This document shows, piece by piece, positions 26,310-36,123 of a stretch of DNA of 64,000 nucleotides. How positions within the stretch are numbered: position 1 is the stretch's first letter; the number at the start of each line of letters is the position of its first letter. The notes below the pieces were generated by a model. The model saw nothing but the letters and a program-made list of their open reading frames with translations, did no database searches and was not told the DNA's origin. The DNA comes from an uncultured Lachnospiraceae bacterium (GTDB taxonomy: Bacteria > Bacillota > Clostridia > Lachnospirales > Lachnospiraceae): assembly GCA_946620695.1 (NCBI GenBank), contig CAMONU010000006.1:17479-81478 (forward strand), written 5' to 3'. The position numbers and the translations under genes are program-made.

Positions 26310-28004
26310 ATGAATTACAGAGAAAAGTATCAGATGTGGCTTGAGAAGGTTCCCGCGGAGGATCCCCTGCATGAAGAACTGGTCTCTCTTGAGGGGGACG
26401 AAGCGCTCATGAAGGAGAAGTTCGTCAACGACCTGACGTTCGGGACGGCAGGCCTGAGAGGAATCCTGGGGGCCGGTACCAACTGCATGAATGTTTATAC
26501 GGTCGGGCGCGCGACACAGGGAATCGCTGATTTTATCTGTGAAAAGGGCGAGGATGCAAAAAAGAAAGGCGTCGTGATTGCCCACGATCCGCGCCATTTT
26601 TCGAAGGAGTTTTCCCATCTGGCAGCAGGCATTCTGGCAGAGGCCGGAATACGGGTTTATGTATTTCCGGATCTGAGACCGACCCCGGAGCTTGCCTATC
26701 TGATCCGTGTGCTCGGCACGGTGTCGGGCATCAATATCACGGCCTCCCATAACCCGAAGGAGTACAACGGCTACAAGGCTTACTGGGAGGATGGATGCCA
26801 GGTGAGCGCGCAGATTGCGGACGGAATGACGCAGAAGATCATGGCCCTTGACTATTTTGACGATGTAAAGCGCGGGGACTATGAAGCGGCCCTTGCCGAC
26901 GGCAGGATCGTCATGCTGGGGGAGGAATATGACCGCATGTACCTTGACGCGGTAGAGTCTCTGTCCATTCATTCCGGCGACGAGCTGAGCCTGGATATCC
27001 CGATCGTCTATACGCCGCTGAACGGGGCAGGTTCCATTCCTTTCCGCACCATGATGAAGGACCGCGGATTTACGAATTTCCATATTGTAAAGGAGCAGGA
27101 GCTGCCGGACCCGGATTTCACCACGGTCGGCTACCCGAACCCGGAATCGCCCGCGGCATTTAAGATGTCTGAAGAACTCGGACATAAAGTAGGCGCGGAA
27201 CTCCTGATGGCGACCGACCCCGATTCGGACCGCTTTGCCATAGAGCTGCTTGGGGACGACGGTGAGTATGTGCCCCTGAACGGCAACCAGACCGGATACC
27301 TGCTTGTCAATTATATTCTTGAGGGCAGAAAGAGCGCGGGAACACTTCCGAAGAACGGCGCCATGGTCAAGTCGATCGTGACTTCCAGCATGTCTTCGGA
27401 GATGGCGGAAGCTTACGGCGTGAAGATGTTTGAAGCCCTTACGGGATTCAAGAATATCTGCGGACGGATCCCCTTCCTGGAGGAAAACGGCTATCAGTAC
27501 CTGTTCGGATATGAGGAGTCGGTCGGCTACGCCGCCTGCCCGCAGATCCGTGACAAGGACGGAATCAGCGCCGGCATGCTGGTTGCCGAAGCCGCGGCCT
27601 ACTACAGAAAGATGGGAAAGACCCTCTGGCAGGTGCTGGAGGAACTCTATGAGCGCTACGGCTTCTATGCGGAGGACGAGCCGAACCTGATTCTGAAAGG
27701 CCTGGAAGGCGCGGAGCGGATCAGCAGGATGATGGTCAGCCTCAGGAATAATCTTCCGGCAGAGGTAGCCGGTTACAAAGTATCGAAGGTGATCGATTAC
27801 AAGGACGGCTATGAGGATATTCCATCTTCCAATGTGCTGCGTTTCTTCCTGGAAAATGGAAGCTGGTTCGCGGTGCGCCCGTCCGGAACGGAGCCGAAGA
27901 TTAAATTCTATTTCTACACAAGGCAGGACAGCCGGGAGAAGGCCGTGGCCGTGAATGCCGCGATCCGCGATGAGGTTCTTAATCTCGTCAGTTCCGTGGA
28001 GTGA
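26310..28004 (+). CDS. Phosphoglucomutase/phosphomannomutase family phospho-sugar mutase
   Basis: FGTAGLRG, ITASHNP, DPDSDR, GYEES, RPSGTEPKIK motifs; AGGAGG RBS before ATG 26310. Confidence 0.93.
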   Translation: MNYREKYQMWLEKVPAEDPLHEELVSLEGDEALMKEKFVNDLTFGTAGLRGILGAGTNCMNVYTVGRATQGIADFICEKGEDAKKKGVVIAHDPRHFSKEFSHLAAGILAEAGIRVYVFPDLRPTPELAYLIRVLGTVSGINITASHNPKEYNGYKAYWEDGCQVSAQIADGMTQKIMALDYFDDVKRGDYEAALADGRIVMLGEEYDRMYLDAVESLSIHSGDELSLDIPIVYTPLNGAGSIPFRTMMKDRGFTNFHIVKEQELPDPDFTTVGYPNPESPAAFKMSEELGHKVGAELLMATDPDSDRFAIELLGDDGEYVPLNGNQTGYLLVNYILEGRKSAGTLPKNGAMVKSIVTSSMSSEMAEAYGVKMFEALTGFKNICGRIPFLEENGYQYLFGYEESVGYAACPQIRDKDGISAGMLVAEAAAYYRKMGKTLWQVLEELYERYGFYAEDEPNLILKGLEGAERISRMMVSLRNNLPAEVAGYKVSKVIDYKDGYEDIPSSNVLRFFLENGSWFAVRPSGTEPKIKFYFYTRQDSREKAVAVNAAIRDEVLNLVSSVE

Positions 28005-28019
28005 AGAAGTGCATTGAAC

Positions 28020-28144
28020 GAAGAAGAAATATAGTATAGAGAAAAGATAGAAGAAGACAGAAGAGAAAAGACAGAAGAACAGAGCCAGAAGAGAAAAGTC
28101 AGAAGAATAGAGCAAGAAGAGAAAAGACAGAAGAGAAAATAAAG
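28020..28144 (+). repeat. Purine-rich degenerate tandem repeat (AGAAGAGAAAAGAC-like units)
   Basis: Several AGAAGAGAAAAG(A/T)CAGAAG units in the pgm-nucleoside hydrolase gap. Confidence 0.75.
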
Positions 28145-28159
28145 ATGGAGGACGGGCGG

Positions 28160-29101
28160 ATGACGGAAAAAAGGAAAATATTGATCGATACCGATCCGGG
28201 AGTGGATGACGCGCTGGCCATCGCCTTGTGCGCCTGCGATCCCGATACGGAGATTGAAGCCATCTGTGCAGTGGCGGGAAATGTGCCCCTGGAGCACACC
28301 CTGAAAAATGCCATTTTTCTGAGAGACCTTCTGGGACTGAAGAATGTTCCGGTTTCCCGGGGCGCGGACCGCTCCCTTACACGCGGTGCAGGCAGGACCA
28401 GCACGGTGCACGGCGGAAACGGCCTGGCGGATATCTCCTATACCCTGGAAAGCCGCGAGGATGAGCTGCCGGCCTGGGAGCGCATCTATGTGGAAGCGAA
28501 GCGCTTCCCCGGTGAACTGCTTCTTCTGACCCTCGGCCCTCTGACCAATGTGGCGACTGCCCTCCGTCTGCATCCGGACCTGAAGAATCTGGTCCGGGAA
28601 ATCTTCATCATGGGCGGAAGCGCTGCGGGCGGCAATATCACGGACGCGGCGGAATTCAACATCTGGGTGGATCCCGAGGCCTGTGAGGAAGTGTTCCGAA
28701 GCGGGATTCCGATCTCCATGTGCGGGCTGGACGGTCTTGATGACGCTTCGCTGAAAGCGGAGGACATCCGGGGTCTGTCCGGCTGCGGAGGCAGGGTCAA
28801 TGAGCTGCTCGTGCGGCCGATCCTGCGCTTTCTGCTGAACCGGAAACTGAGGAATACGGGCTGGGGCCTGAAAGGGACCGTGATCTATGACCTGGCGACG
28901 GCAGCCTGCCTGCTCCATCCTGAGATCGCCCGCTGGGCGCCCTGCAGTCTCTTCTGTGAGACAGAAAAAGAGGAGGAGATCGGCAGAACCTATGTCCGTG
29001 AGGCACGCGCAGGGGAAAAGGTCCGGGTACTGACCGGGATGGACAGGGACGCCTATGTCCGGATTCTCCGGGATATGGCTGAGAAGCTTGAAAAGATCTG
29101 A
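28160..29101 (+). CDS. Inosine/uridine-preferring nucleoside hydrolase
   Basis: IDTDPGVDDALA, AGNV, LGPLTN, AEFNIWVDPEA, YDL motifs. Confidence 0.9.
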   Translation: MTEKRKILIDTDPGVDDALAIALCACDPDTEIEAICAVAGNVPLEHTLKNAIFLRDLLGLKNVPVSRGADRSLTRGAGRTSTVHGGNGLADISYTLESREDELPAWERIYVEAKRFPGELLLLTLGPLTNVATALRLHPDLKNLVREIFIMGGSAAGGNITDAAEFNIWVDPEACEEVFRSGIPISMCGLDGLDDASLKAEDIRGLSGCGGRVNELLVRPILRFLLNRKLRNTGWGLKGTVIYDLATAACLLHPEIARWAPCSLFCETEKEEEIGRTYVREARAGEKVRVLTGMDRDAYVRILRDMAEKLEKI

Positions 29102-29154
29102 ATCCGGAAGAATGATTCTTTTCGAAATTTGGTTAAAACCGGAAAGATGATCCT

Positions 29155-29182
29155 TTTACAGGAAGCGTTCCCGTGTTATAAT
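29155..29182 (+). promoter_or_regulatory. Sigma-A type promoter with extended -10
   Basis: TTTACA-16 bp-TATAAT with TGn immediately before the -10. Confidence 0.55.
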
Positions 29183-29306
29183 CTTTTAAACAAGTCTCCT
29201 CCGGGAGACTTTTTAGCGGCGGACCTGTTTTGAAAGAGCGTGACGGCGGGCTGCCGCGGTAACTCATCACACATCATTATTATTTCATTCAGCAAGGAGG
29301 GATAAG

Positions 29307-31805
29307 ATGAGAAAAGTTTCAACACTGCTGCTGTCGCTCTCCCTGGCAGCGATGCCGTTCTCGGCTTTCGCTTTTGAAGCGGGCGAGTATACCGCTTCCG
29401 CACAGGGCATGGACGGACCGGTTACCGTAACGGCGACCTTTGACGAGTCCGGCATCACGGACGTCAGCGTTGACGTCAGCGGAGAGACAGCCGGGATCGG
29501 AGCGGAGATCGCGGACGAGGTCCAGAAACAGATTCTGGAAGCGCAGAGTGCGGAGATCGACGGAGTCGCAGGCGCGACTGTCAGCTCCCAGGCTGTTGCC
29601 GAGGCTGTGGCGGACCTGATCGCGCAGGCATCCGGTGAGGCCGGCGATGCTGACGCGCCGATCAGCTTCACGGAAGGAACCTATACCGCGACGACAGACG
29701 GCTACAACGGCCCTGTCACCTTCGGCGTCACCTTCAGTGCGGACGCGCTGACGGACGTAACTGTAACAGAGAGCGCTGAGACTGCACATGTAGGAACTCC
29801 GGCTTATGAGATCGTGATTCCGGCCATGATCGAAGCCAACGGAACCGGCGTTGACGGACTGAGCGGCGCCACCTTCACGACCAGAGCGATCCGCGAAGCA
29901 GTCAACGACGCGGCGGAGCAGGCAGGCTGCACCAATCTGGACGCTTTCAAGAAGAATACTGTGGAAGTCGAAGCCCAGGATCCGATCGAAGAGACCTATG
30001 ACGTGGTCATCGTCGGCGGCGGCGGAGCAGGTATCGCTGCGGCAGCTCAGGCAGCCCAGGACGGCAATACGGTTCTCCTGATCGAGAAGAACGCGGAAGT
30101 TGGCGGCAATACCCTGGTTTCCGGCGGACAGTATCAGTCCGTTATGCCCTACCTGGTATGGGATCCGGAGGATCCGGATGCTGAGACTGGCGTGGGATTC
30201 GACGGCCAGACCTACAACAAGGTGAAGTCCGTACAGGGCTGCATCGACGAGCTCAAGATGATCCTGAACTGGAGCGAGGAGCCCTTCGATGAGGAATTCT
30301 ATGTAGAGAATGAATTCGTGGCGGGCGACGCGGCGGAGCTGTCAAAGCACGGCGTGCATGAAGATTATCTGCCGACCCTCCAGGCTCTGAAGGAAGAGAT
30401 TCAGACCTATCTTGACTGGGCACAGCCGCAGCTTGACGCGGGAACTCCCGAGAATCAGCTGACCCTGTTCTCCACCCTGAATCTGCATATCTTCCAGACC
30501 TATTACGGCGGACTGCGCCAGAGCGCGGACAAGAGCGAATGGATCTACGGAGACGTGGATCTGGTCAAGCAGTTCATCGAGGACGGCCAGGATCTGAAGC
30601 CGTGGCTGGAATCCATGGGCGCCACCTTTATCGAAGATACCCAGCCGACCCTGATCGGGGCTCTGTGGTACAGAGAGAATGAATTCATCGGCGCGAATGT
30701 GGATACGGACGGCGACGGCGAGACCGAAGAGTACGGCGGACGCTGGGGCACCTATTTCATGGCTCCGATGACTTCCTTCCTGCAGGCCAATGAAGCCAAC
30801 AAGGTTATGACCCGCACCACCGCGACCGGGCTGATCGAAGAAGACGGCCGCGTGACCGGCGTCAAGGCGATGATGTATGACGGAACTGAAGTGACGGCGC
30901 ATGCGACCAAGGGCGTGATCCTCTGCACCGGCGGATTTGCGGCCAACATCGACATGGTTCTGGATTACAACATCTACTGGTCAGAAGAATATCTGTCCAA
31001 GTCGACCAAGACCACGAACCGCAGCTCCCAGCAGGGCGACGGTATCGTGATGGCAGAAGAAGTCGGCGCTGACACCACAGGCCTCGGCTTCACGCAGCTG
31101 ATGCCGATCTCCTGGGTCGACAACGGCAACCTCGCATTCGGCGGCGGCAACTACGCCTGCTGGATCAATCCGACCACCGGTCACAGGTTCGTGGACGAAG
31201 GTTCCGAGCGTGACGTTCTGTCCCTGGCTGAGTTTAAGAACGGTATCGAAGTGAACGGCACCAAGGGTGTCTTCCTTGAGTTCTACAACGCAGAGCAGAT
31301 GATGCCGGCTCCGATGCAGCTGGCCGACGGCGATTACGAAGGCCGCTACTACAGACGCACCATCGCCGAACTTCCGGAGCTGTTCGAGAAGCTCGGTATT
31401 GAGGCTGATCCGGAAGTCGTCATCCAGACGATCCGCGATTATGACATGGCTGTCATGACCGGCAGTGACTTCCCGGATGTGGGCAAGGCAATCGCTTCCC
31501 GCACCATCGGCAATGTCGAGCAGAACGAGGACGGCAGCTACAATGTCGATTCCTATGATCTGGACAATACACTGATGACCATCCGTCTGATGGCTCCGAG
31601 TACGCATCACACCATGGGCGGCATCAAGGTCGATACCGAACGCCACGTCCTGAGCACAGACGGAGAGATTATCCCCGGACTGTATGCTGCAGGCGAGGTC
31701 ACCGGCGGAATCCACGGCGGCAACCGCCTCGGCGGAAACGCGATCGTTGAGATCTTCGTATCGGGCCGTACCGCTGCCAAGGCAGTGACTGCAGATAACG
31801 AGTGA
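29307..31805 (+). CDS. Secreted flavocytochrome c / urocanate-reductase-like FAD reductase with two FMN-binding (flavinylation) domains
   Basis: Signal peptide; VAGAT and LSGAT flavinylation motifs; GGGGAG FAD motif, GGNT, HHTMGG, AAGEVTGG, GNRLGGNA. Confidence 0.85.
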   Translation: MRKVSTLLLSLSLAAMPFSAFAFEAGEYTASAQGMDGPVTVTATFDESGITDVSVDVSGETAGIGAEIADEVQKQILEAQSAEIDGVAGATVSSQAVAEAVADLIAQASGEAGDADAPISFTEGTYTATTDGYNGPVTFGVTFSADALTDVTVTESAETAHVGTPAYEIVIPAMIEANGTGVDGLSGATFTTRAIREAVNDAAEQAGCTNLDAFKKNTVEVEAQDPIEETYDVVIVGGGGAGIAAAAQAAQDGNTVLLIEKNAEVGGNTLVSGGQYQSVMPYLVWDPEDPDAETGVGFDGQTYNKVKSVQGCIDELKMILNWSEEPFDEEFYVENEFVAGDAAELSKHGVHEDYLPTLQALKEEIQTYLDWAQPQLDAGTPENQLTLFSTLNLHIFQTYYGGLRQSADKSEWIYGDVDLVKQFIEDGQDLKPWLESMGATFIEDTQPTLIGALWYRENEFIGANVDTDGDGETEEYGGRWGTYFMAPMTSFLQANEANKVMTRTTATGLIEEDGRVTGVKAMMYDGTEVTAHATKGVILCTGGFAANIDMVLDYNIYWSEEYLSKSTKTTNRSSQQGDGIVMAEEVGADTTGLGFTQLMPISWVDNGNLAFGGGNYACWINPTTGHRFVDEGSERDVLSLAEFKNGIEVNGTKGVFLEFYNAEQMMPAPMQLADGDYEGRYYRRTIAELPELFEKLGIEADPEVVIQTIRDYDMAVMTGSDFPDVGKAIASRTIGNVEQNEDGSYNVDSYDLDNTLMTIRLMAPSTHHTMGGIKVDTERHVLSTDGEIIPGLYAAGEVTGGIHGGNRLGGNAIVEIFVSGRTAAKAVTADNE

Positions 31806-31842
31806 GAAGCAGAAGCTGACTTTCATGTCATAAGTAATTAAG

Positions 31843-31914
31843 GGAAACGCTGATCTGTCCGCAGTGCCGGTTTCCGGCAGCCTGGAAAGCGGTCTGGATC
31901 AGCGTTTCCTTTTT
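31843..31914 (+). terminator. Terminator-like structure after the reductase gene
   Basis: GGAAACGCTGATC / GATCAGCGTTTCC 13-bp stem plus TTTTT, with an inner hairpin. Confidence 0.6.
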
Positions 31915-31952
31915 GGTTTTCTTACGGCACACAGTACGCTCAGGGCCATGTG

Positions 31953-32000
31953 CCGCACAGGCATGACGGACCGGAAGCTGATCTGAGTCAGGCCGTGAAT
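31953..32000 (-). mobile_element. Dispersed MITE/REP-like element, copy G (diverged, one arm plus core)
   Basis: Reverse complement ATTCACGGCCTGACTCAGATCAGCTTCCGGTCCGTCATGCCTGTGCGG. Confidence 0.7.
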
Positions 32001-32035
32001 CGCAACTTTTATTTATAAAAAGCTGTATGCTTCTC

Positions 32036-32064
32036 TTGCAAATTCCCTTATGTTTGGGTATACT
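32036..32064 (+). promoter_or_regulatory. Sigma-A type promoter for the nucleoside ABC operon
   Basis: TTGCAA-17 bp-TATACT. Confidence 0.65.
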
Positions 32065-32195
32065 TGGGGAAAGAGCGGCTTGTTTGCCCGCAAATATTTG
32101 TCGATTTGCACAAAACATCCGGCCGCCTGAGCTGGGCCTCCTGTCCGACGACAGAGGACCGTCACATAATGGTTTCATAAAAAGGAGGTAGTCGT

Positions 32196-33266
32196 ATGAA
32201 CAGAAAGTTTACCACTATACTTGCAGCATCCGTGACTGCGGCCCTTGCACTTGCGGGAAGCATGGCTGTTATGGCGGAAGAGCCGGATTTTAAAGGAGAA
32301 GGTTCCATCGCTTATATCGTAACAGGCCTTGGTGACATGTCTTTCAACGATTCCGGTGAAGTTGGCATGAACGTCCTCCGGAGCGCCGGCTATGAAGTCA
32401 AGACGGTTGAGACCGGGGATGATGCTGCGGGCTATCTGGATACCATGTATGACCTGCTTGACACGGGTTACGATTATGTAATCGCCAGCTCCACCTATCA
32501 GGAGATGGTTGAGACAGTTGCTCCGGAGTTCCCGGATACGAAGTTCGTTCTCTTTGATATCAACTCTGATACGCCGGTAGCCGCTGACAACATTCTGTAT
32601 ATCTATTTCAAACAGAATGAGTCCTCTTACCTCGGCGGTATCGTGGCGGCAGGCCTGTCACAGAACGGAGCCATCGGAGCGATCGGCGGAGTTGAGAATC
32701 CGGTTATCAAGGATTTCATCACCGGTTATGTGGACGGTGCGCTTTCCTACAATCCGGACGTCAAGGTCAGCACAGGCTGGGTCGGCGACTGGAGCAACAC
32801 CGCAAAGATGAAAGAGATCTGCAATACCCAGAACTCCAGCGCGGGCGTAGACGTATTCTTCCCGATCGCCGGTGGAGCAGGCACAGGCGCTTTCGAGGCG
32901 GCTACCGAGCTTGACGGCGTGTGGACCCTGGGCGTTGACTCTGACCAGTATGCGGCATTCATCGACAGCAACGAAGCGTTTGCGAAGGTGATCGCTACTT
33001 CCGTTACCAAGGAAGTCGGCAATACCATGATCTCCCTGTTCGCTGATCCTTCCACCATCGAGTGGGGAACTCTGAAGGCCATGGGCGTTGCTGAGAACGC
33101 TGTAGGACTTTCCCAGAATGACTACTATGCGGAAGTTGTTCCGCAGGAAGTTCAGGATGCGGTTGATCAGGCGATCGAAGACATCACATCCGGCAAGATC
33201 GTTGTGAAGTCCTATTTCGACGGGACTGAGGATGACTATCAGGCTCTGATCGGTTCTGTTAAATAA
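32196..33266 (+). CDS. BMP family (PnrA/NupN-like) nucleoside ABC transporter binding protein
   Basis: GLGDMSFND, FKQNESSYLGG, IGGVE, FITGY, LGVDSDQ motifs. Confidence 0.9.
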   Translation: MNRKFTTILAASVTAALALAGSMAVMAEEPDFKGEGSIAYIVTGLGDMSFNDSGEVGMNVLRSAGYEVKTVETGDDAAGYLDTMYDLLDTGYDYVIASSTYQEMVETVAPEFPDTKFVLFDINSDTPVAADNILYIYFKQNESSYLGGIVAAGLSQNGAIGAIGGVENPVIKDFITGYVDGALSYNPDVKVSTGWVGDWSNTAKMKEICNTQNSSAGVDVFFPIAGGAGTGAFEAATELDGVWTLGVDSDQYAAFIDSNEAFAKVIATSVTKEVGNTMISLFADPSTIEWGTLKAMGVAENAVGLSQNDYYAEVVPQEVQDAVDQAIEDITSGKIVVKSYFDGTEDDYQALIGSVK

Positions 33267-33493
33267 TATTCCCGGCAACGGCGGATAACAGACGGGGGAT
33301 CCGGCAGCTTCTGCTCCGGGCTCCCCGTTTCTGCAGTTAATGAGGAGGAACCGGCCCGGAAGATGCGCCTTCCCCCGTCCGGTCTGATCACAGGCCGGAA
33401 AGGGAGAAGAGAGCTGTCCGGTTCAGCAGGACGTCTGAGGACATCGCCGCGCGAGGAAAACAAGTCTGCTTTATCTTAGAGAAGGAAAAGCTT

Positions 33494-35038
33494 ATGGAAG
33501 CACTGAAAATGGAAAATATCACGAAGATCTATCCAAACGGCTTCGTGGCGAATAAAGGCATTACGTTCTCTGTGCAGCAGGGTGAGATCCATGCTCTGGT
33601 AGGGGAGAACGGGGCCGGCAAGACGACCCTGATGAAGGTTCTGTTCGGAATGGAGCAGCCTCAGGAGGGCGCGATCTATGTAAATGAAAAGAAAGTGAAG
33701 ATCTCCTCGCCGCTGGAGGCGATCAGCCTGGGCGTCGGCATGGTGCATCAGCATTTCATGCTTCTTCCGTCCATGACGGTGGCTCAGAATGTGACGCTGG
33801 GCATGGAACCCAGGAAGAACGGACTGGTGGATACCCAGAAGGCTGTCCAGATGACGCAGGAGATGTCGGATAAGTACCGCTTCGGGTTGGATGCATCTGC
33901 CAGAGTGGGAGACCTTTCCGTAGGACTTATGCAGAAGGTTGAGATCCTGAAGGCACTGATCCGCGGAGCGAAGGTCCTTATCCTGGACGAGCCGACCGCC
34001 GTTCTCACACCACAGGAGACCCGCGAGCTGTTTGAGCAGCTCAAGCTTCTCAGAAAGGAAGGGCATTCCGTAATCTTCATTTCCCATAAGCTGGAAGAGG
34101 TTATGGAACTCTGCGACAATGTTACGGTGCTCCGGCACGGCTACTGCAACGGCACGTATCCCATATCGGAACTGGATGCGGCGGGGATCTCCCGTCTGAT
34201 GGTAGGCCGCGATGTCGTCCTGAAGATTGATAAGGAAGACCCCAGGCCGGGAAAACCGATCCTGGAAGTGCGCAATCTGACCCGGACGAATTCTGAGGGC
34301 AAAAAGACCCTGGACGATGTATCCTTTACCATCCGTGAAGGGGAAGTTCTCGGAATCGCAGGCGTGGAGGGCAACGGCCAGAGCGACCTGTCCGATTCCA
34401 TCAGCGGTATGGTTTCATATGACGCAGGGACCGTGAAGCTGAACGGAAAGGATCTGAAAGGGATGAAGATCGCGGATATCCGCTCAGCGGGCATGTCCGT
34501 CATACCGGAAGACCGTATGACGGTGGGCTGCGTGAATGACCTTTCGGTGCGGGACAATGCGATCGCTGACCGCTTTGACAAGAAGGAGAACATGAGCGGC
34601 ATCTTCCTGGACAAGAAGAAGGCGAAGCGCATCACGGACGAGCTGATTGAGGAGTTTGAGATTGCCTGCGACAGCCAGGATGAAGCGATCCGCTTCCTTT
34701 CCGGCGGAAATATCCAGAAAGTGGTCGTTGCGCGTGAATTCACCAGCGGGGCCAATTTCGTGGTGGCCAACCAGCCGACCCGCGGTGTTGACGTCGGTAC
34801 AGCTGAGATGATCCGCAAGTATCTGGTACGCCAGACCCGCGAGAAGGGCATCGGATCCCTGCTGATCTCGGCAGACCTGAACGAGATTCTGGAAGTGAGC
34901 GACCGGCTGCTGGTCATGAGGCAGGGCAGGATCGTCGCCGCCTTCCCCAAGGCCAATGTAGTCGATGTCGATGTGCTCGGTGAATATATGCTGGGCATCC
35001 GCACGATGACTGCGCAGGAAATGGAGGGTGTACTATGA
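33494..35038 (+). CDS. Nucleoside/sugar ABC transporter ATP-binding protein (two NBDs)
   Basis: GENGAGKT, LDEPT, LSGGNIQK motifs. Confidence 0.95.
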   Translation: MEALKMENITKIYPNGFVANKGITFSVQQGEIHALVGENGAGKTTLMKVLFGMEQPQEGAIYVNEKKVKISSPLEAISLGVGMVHQHFMLLPSMTVAQNVTLGMEPRKNGLVDTQKAVQMTQEMSDKYRFGLDASARVGDLSVGLMQKVEILKALIRGAKVLILDEPTAVLTPQETRELFEQLKLLRKEGHSVIFISHKLEEVMELCDNVTVLRHGYCNGTYPISELDAAGISRLMVGRDVVLKIDKEDPRPGKPILEVRNLTRTNSEGKKTLDDVSFTIREGEVLGIAGVEGNGQSDLSDSISGMVSYDAGTVKLNGKDLKGMKIADIRSAGMSVIPEDRMTVGCVNDLSVRDNAIADRFDKKENMSGIFLDKKKAKRITDELIEEFEIACDSQDEAIRFLSGGNIQKVVVAREFTSGANFVVANQPTRGVDVGTAEMIRKYLVRQTREKGIGSLLISADLNEILEVSDRLLVMRQGRIVAAFPKANVVDVDVLGEYMLGIRTMTAQEMEGVL

Positions 35039-36123
35039 ATAAAGCAAAAACAATCGAGACCTGGTTTGACCTGGTCCGTATTCTTGTCGCCGTCCTGGTT
35101 GCCTATGCGATCGCACTGGTTATCCTGGCGCTGATTTCGGACGACCCTCTGTATGTCATCCAGCAGTTCATCGTGGGACCGTTCTCGTCCTTCCGGCGGT
35201 TCGGCAATATCCTTTCGACCATGATACCGATCATCTTCACCGGTATCTGCATGTGCTTTGTATATGCAATCAACAAGTTCAACCTGGTAGGAGAAGGAGC
35301 GGTCAATCTGGGCGGATGCCTGTCTGCATGCGTTGCCATAGCGCTCTCAAACAAGGTTCCGGCCTGGCTTCTTCTCATCATCCTTCTGGCGGTCGGCTGC
35401 CTGGCCGGCATGGCAGCGTCCCTGATTCCCGCTCTCGCGGATCAGTATTTCCACGCGGATGTCTGCGTCGTTTCCCTGATGATGAACTACATTCTTCTGT
35501 ATCTGACCAACTATATTCTGAAGTATCAGATCAAGGACCCGGGTTCCTCCATCACAGCCTCCTACAAATGGGCACCGGAGCTGAAGTTCCGGAACATCAT
35601 TCCCAAAACTTCGGTTCATGCCGGACTGATTGTCGCCCTGCTCTGCGTGCTTGTCGCGGGGATTCTGTTCTATAAGATGTCCTTCGGCTTCAAGATGCGC
35701 ATCGTCGGCCTGAACCCGGTCTTCGCGAAATACATCGGTATTCCGGTTGTTTCAACCATCATCCTTGCGCAGGTGATCGGCGGCGCGTTCGCGGGACTCG
35801 GCGGAACCGTACAGGTTCTGGGCATGTTCTCCAGCTACCAGTGGACCGCGCTTACAGGCTACGGCTTCGACGGACTGATGATCGCGGTTCTGGCGAGAAA
35901 GAATCCGGCTCTGGTTCCTCTGAGCGCTTTCCTGATCGCCTACATCCGTACCGGTGCGGACATCGTCTCCCGTACGACCGATATACCGCCGGAATTCGTC
36001 TCCATTATCCAGGGCATCATCATCGTCCTGGTGGCGGCTGAGATGTTCCTGAGCGGCTTCAAACGCAGGCTGATCTTTAATTCCGCGAAGAAAGCGCTTG
36101 CAGAAAAGGAGGGGAAGGCATGA
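35035..36123 (+). CDS. Nucleoside ABC transporter permease
   Basis: Hydrophobic; FNLVGEG, SLMMNY, GYGFDG motifs; overlaps the ATPase stop. Confidence 0.9.
   Translation: MNKAKTIETWFDLVRILVAVLVAYAIALVILALISDDPLYVIQQFIVGPFSSFRRFGNILSTMIPIIFTGICMCFVYAINKFNLVGEGAVNLGGCLSACVAIALSNKVPAWLLLIILLAVGCLAGMAASLIPALADQYFHADVCVVSLMMNYILLYLTNYILKYQIKDPGSSITASYKWAPELKFRNIIPKTSVHAGLIVALLCVLVAGILFYKMSFGFKMRIVGLNPVFAKYIGIPVVSTIILAQVIGGAFAGLGGTVQVLGMFSSYQWTALTGYGFDGLMIAVLARKNPALVPLSAFLIAYIRTGADIVSRTTDIPPEFVSIIQGIIIVLVAAEMFLSGFKRRLIFNSAKKALAEKEGKA

Noticed and set aside
20326-28115. Long antisense ORFs (20326-21960, 21985-23865, 24001-25137, 26190-28115) and similar ones elsewhere
   Set aside because: They shadow well-supported genes on the opposite strand, have no recognisable motifs, and are expected from GC-rich codon usage
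32065-32195. Purine riboswitch in the leader of the nucleoside ABC operon
   Set aside because: The conserved purine aptamer core (TATAAT...GATATGG...GTTTCTACC...CCGTAAA) is absent; only a small hairpin is seen
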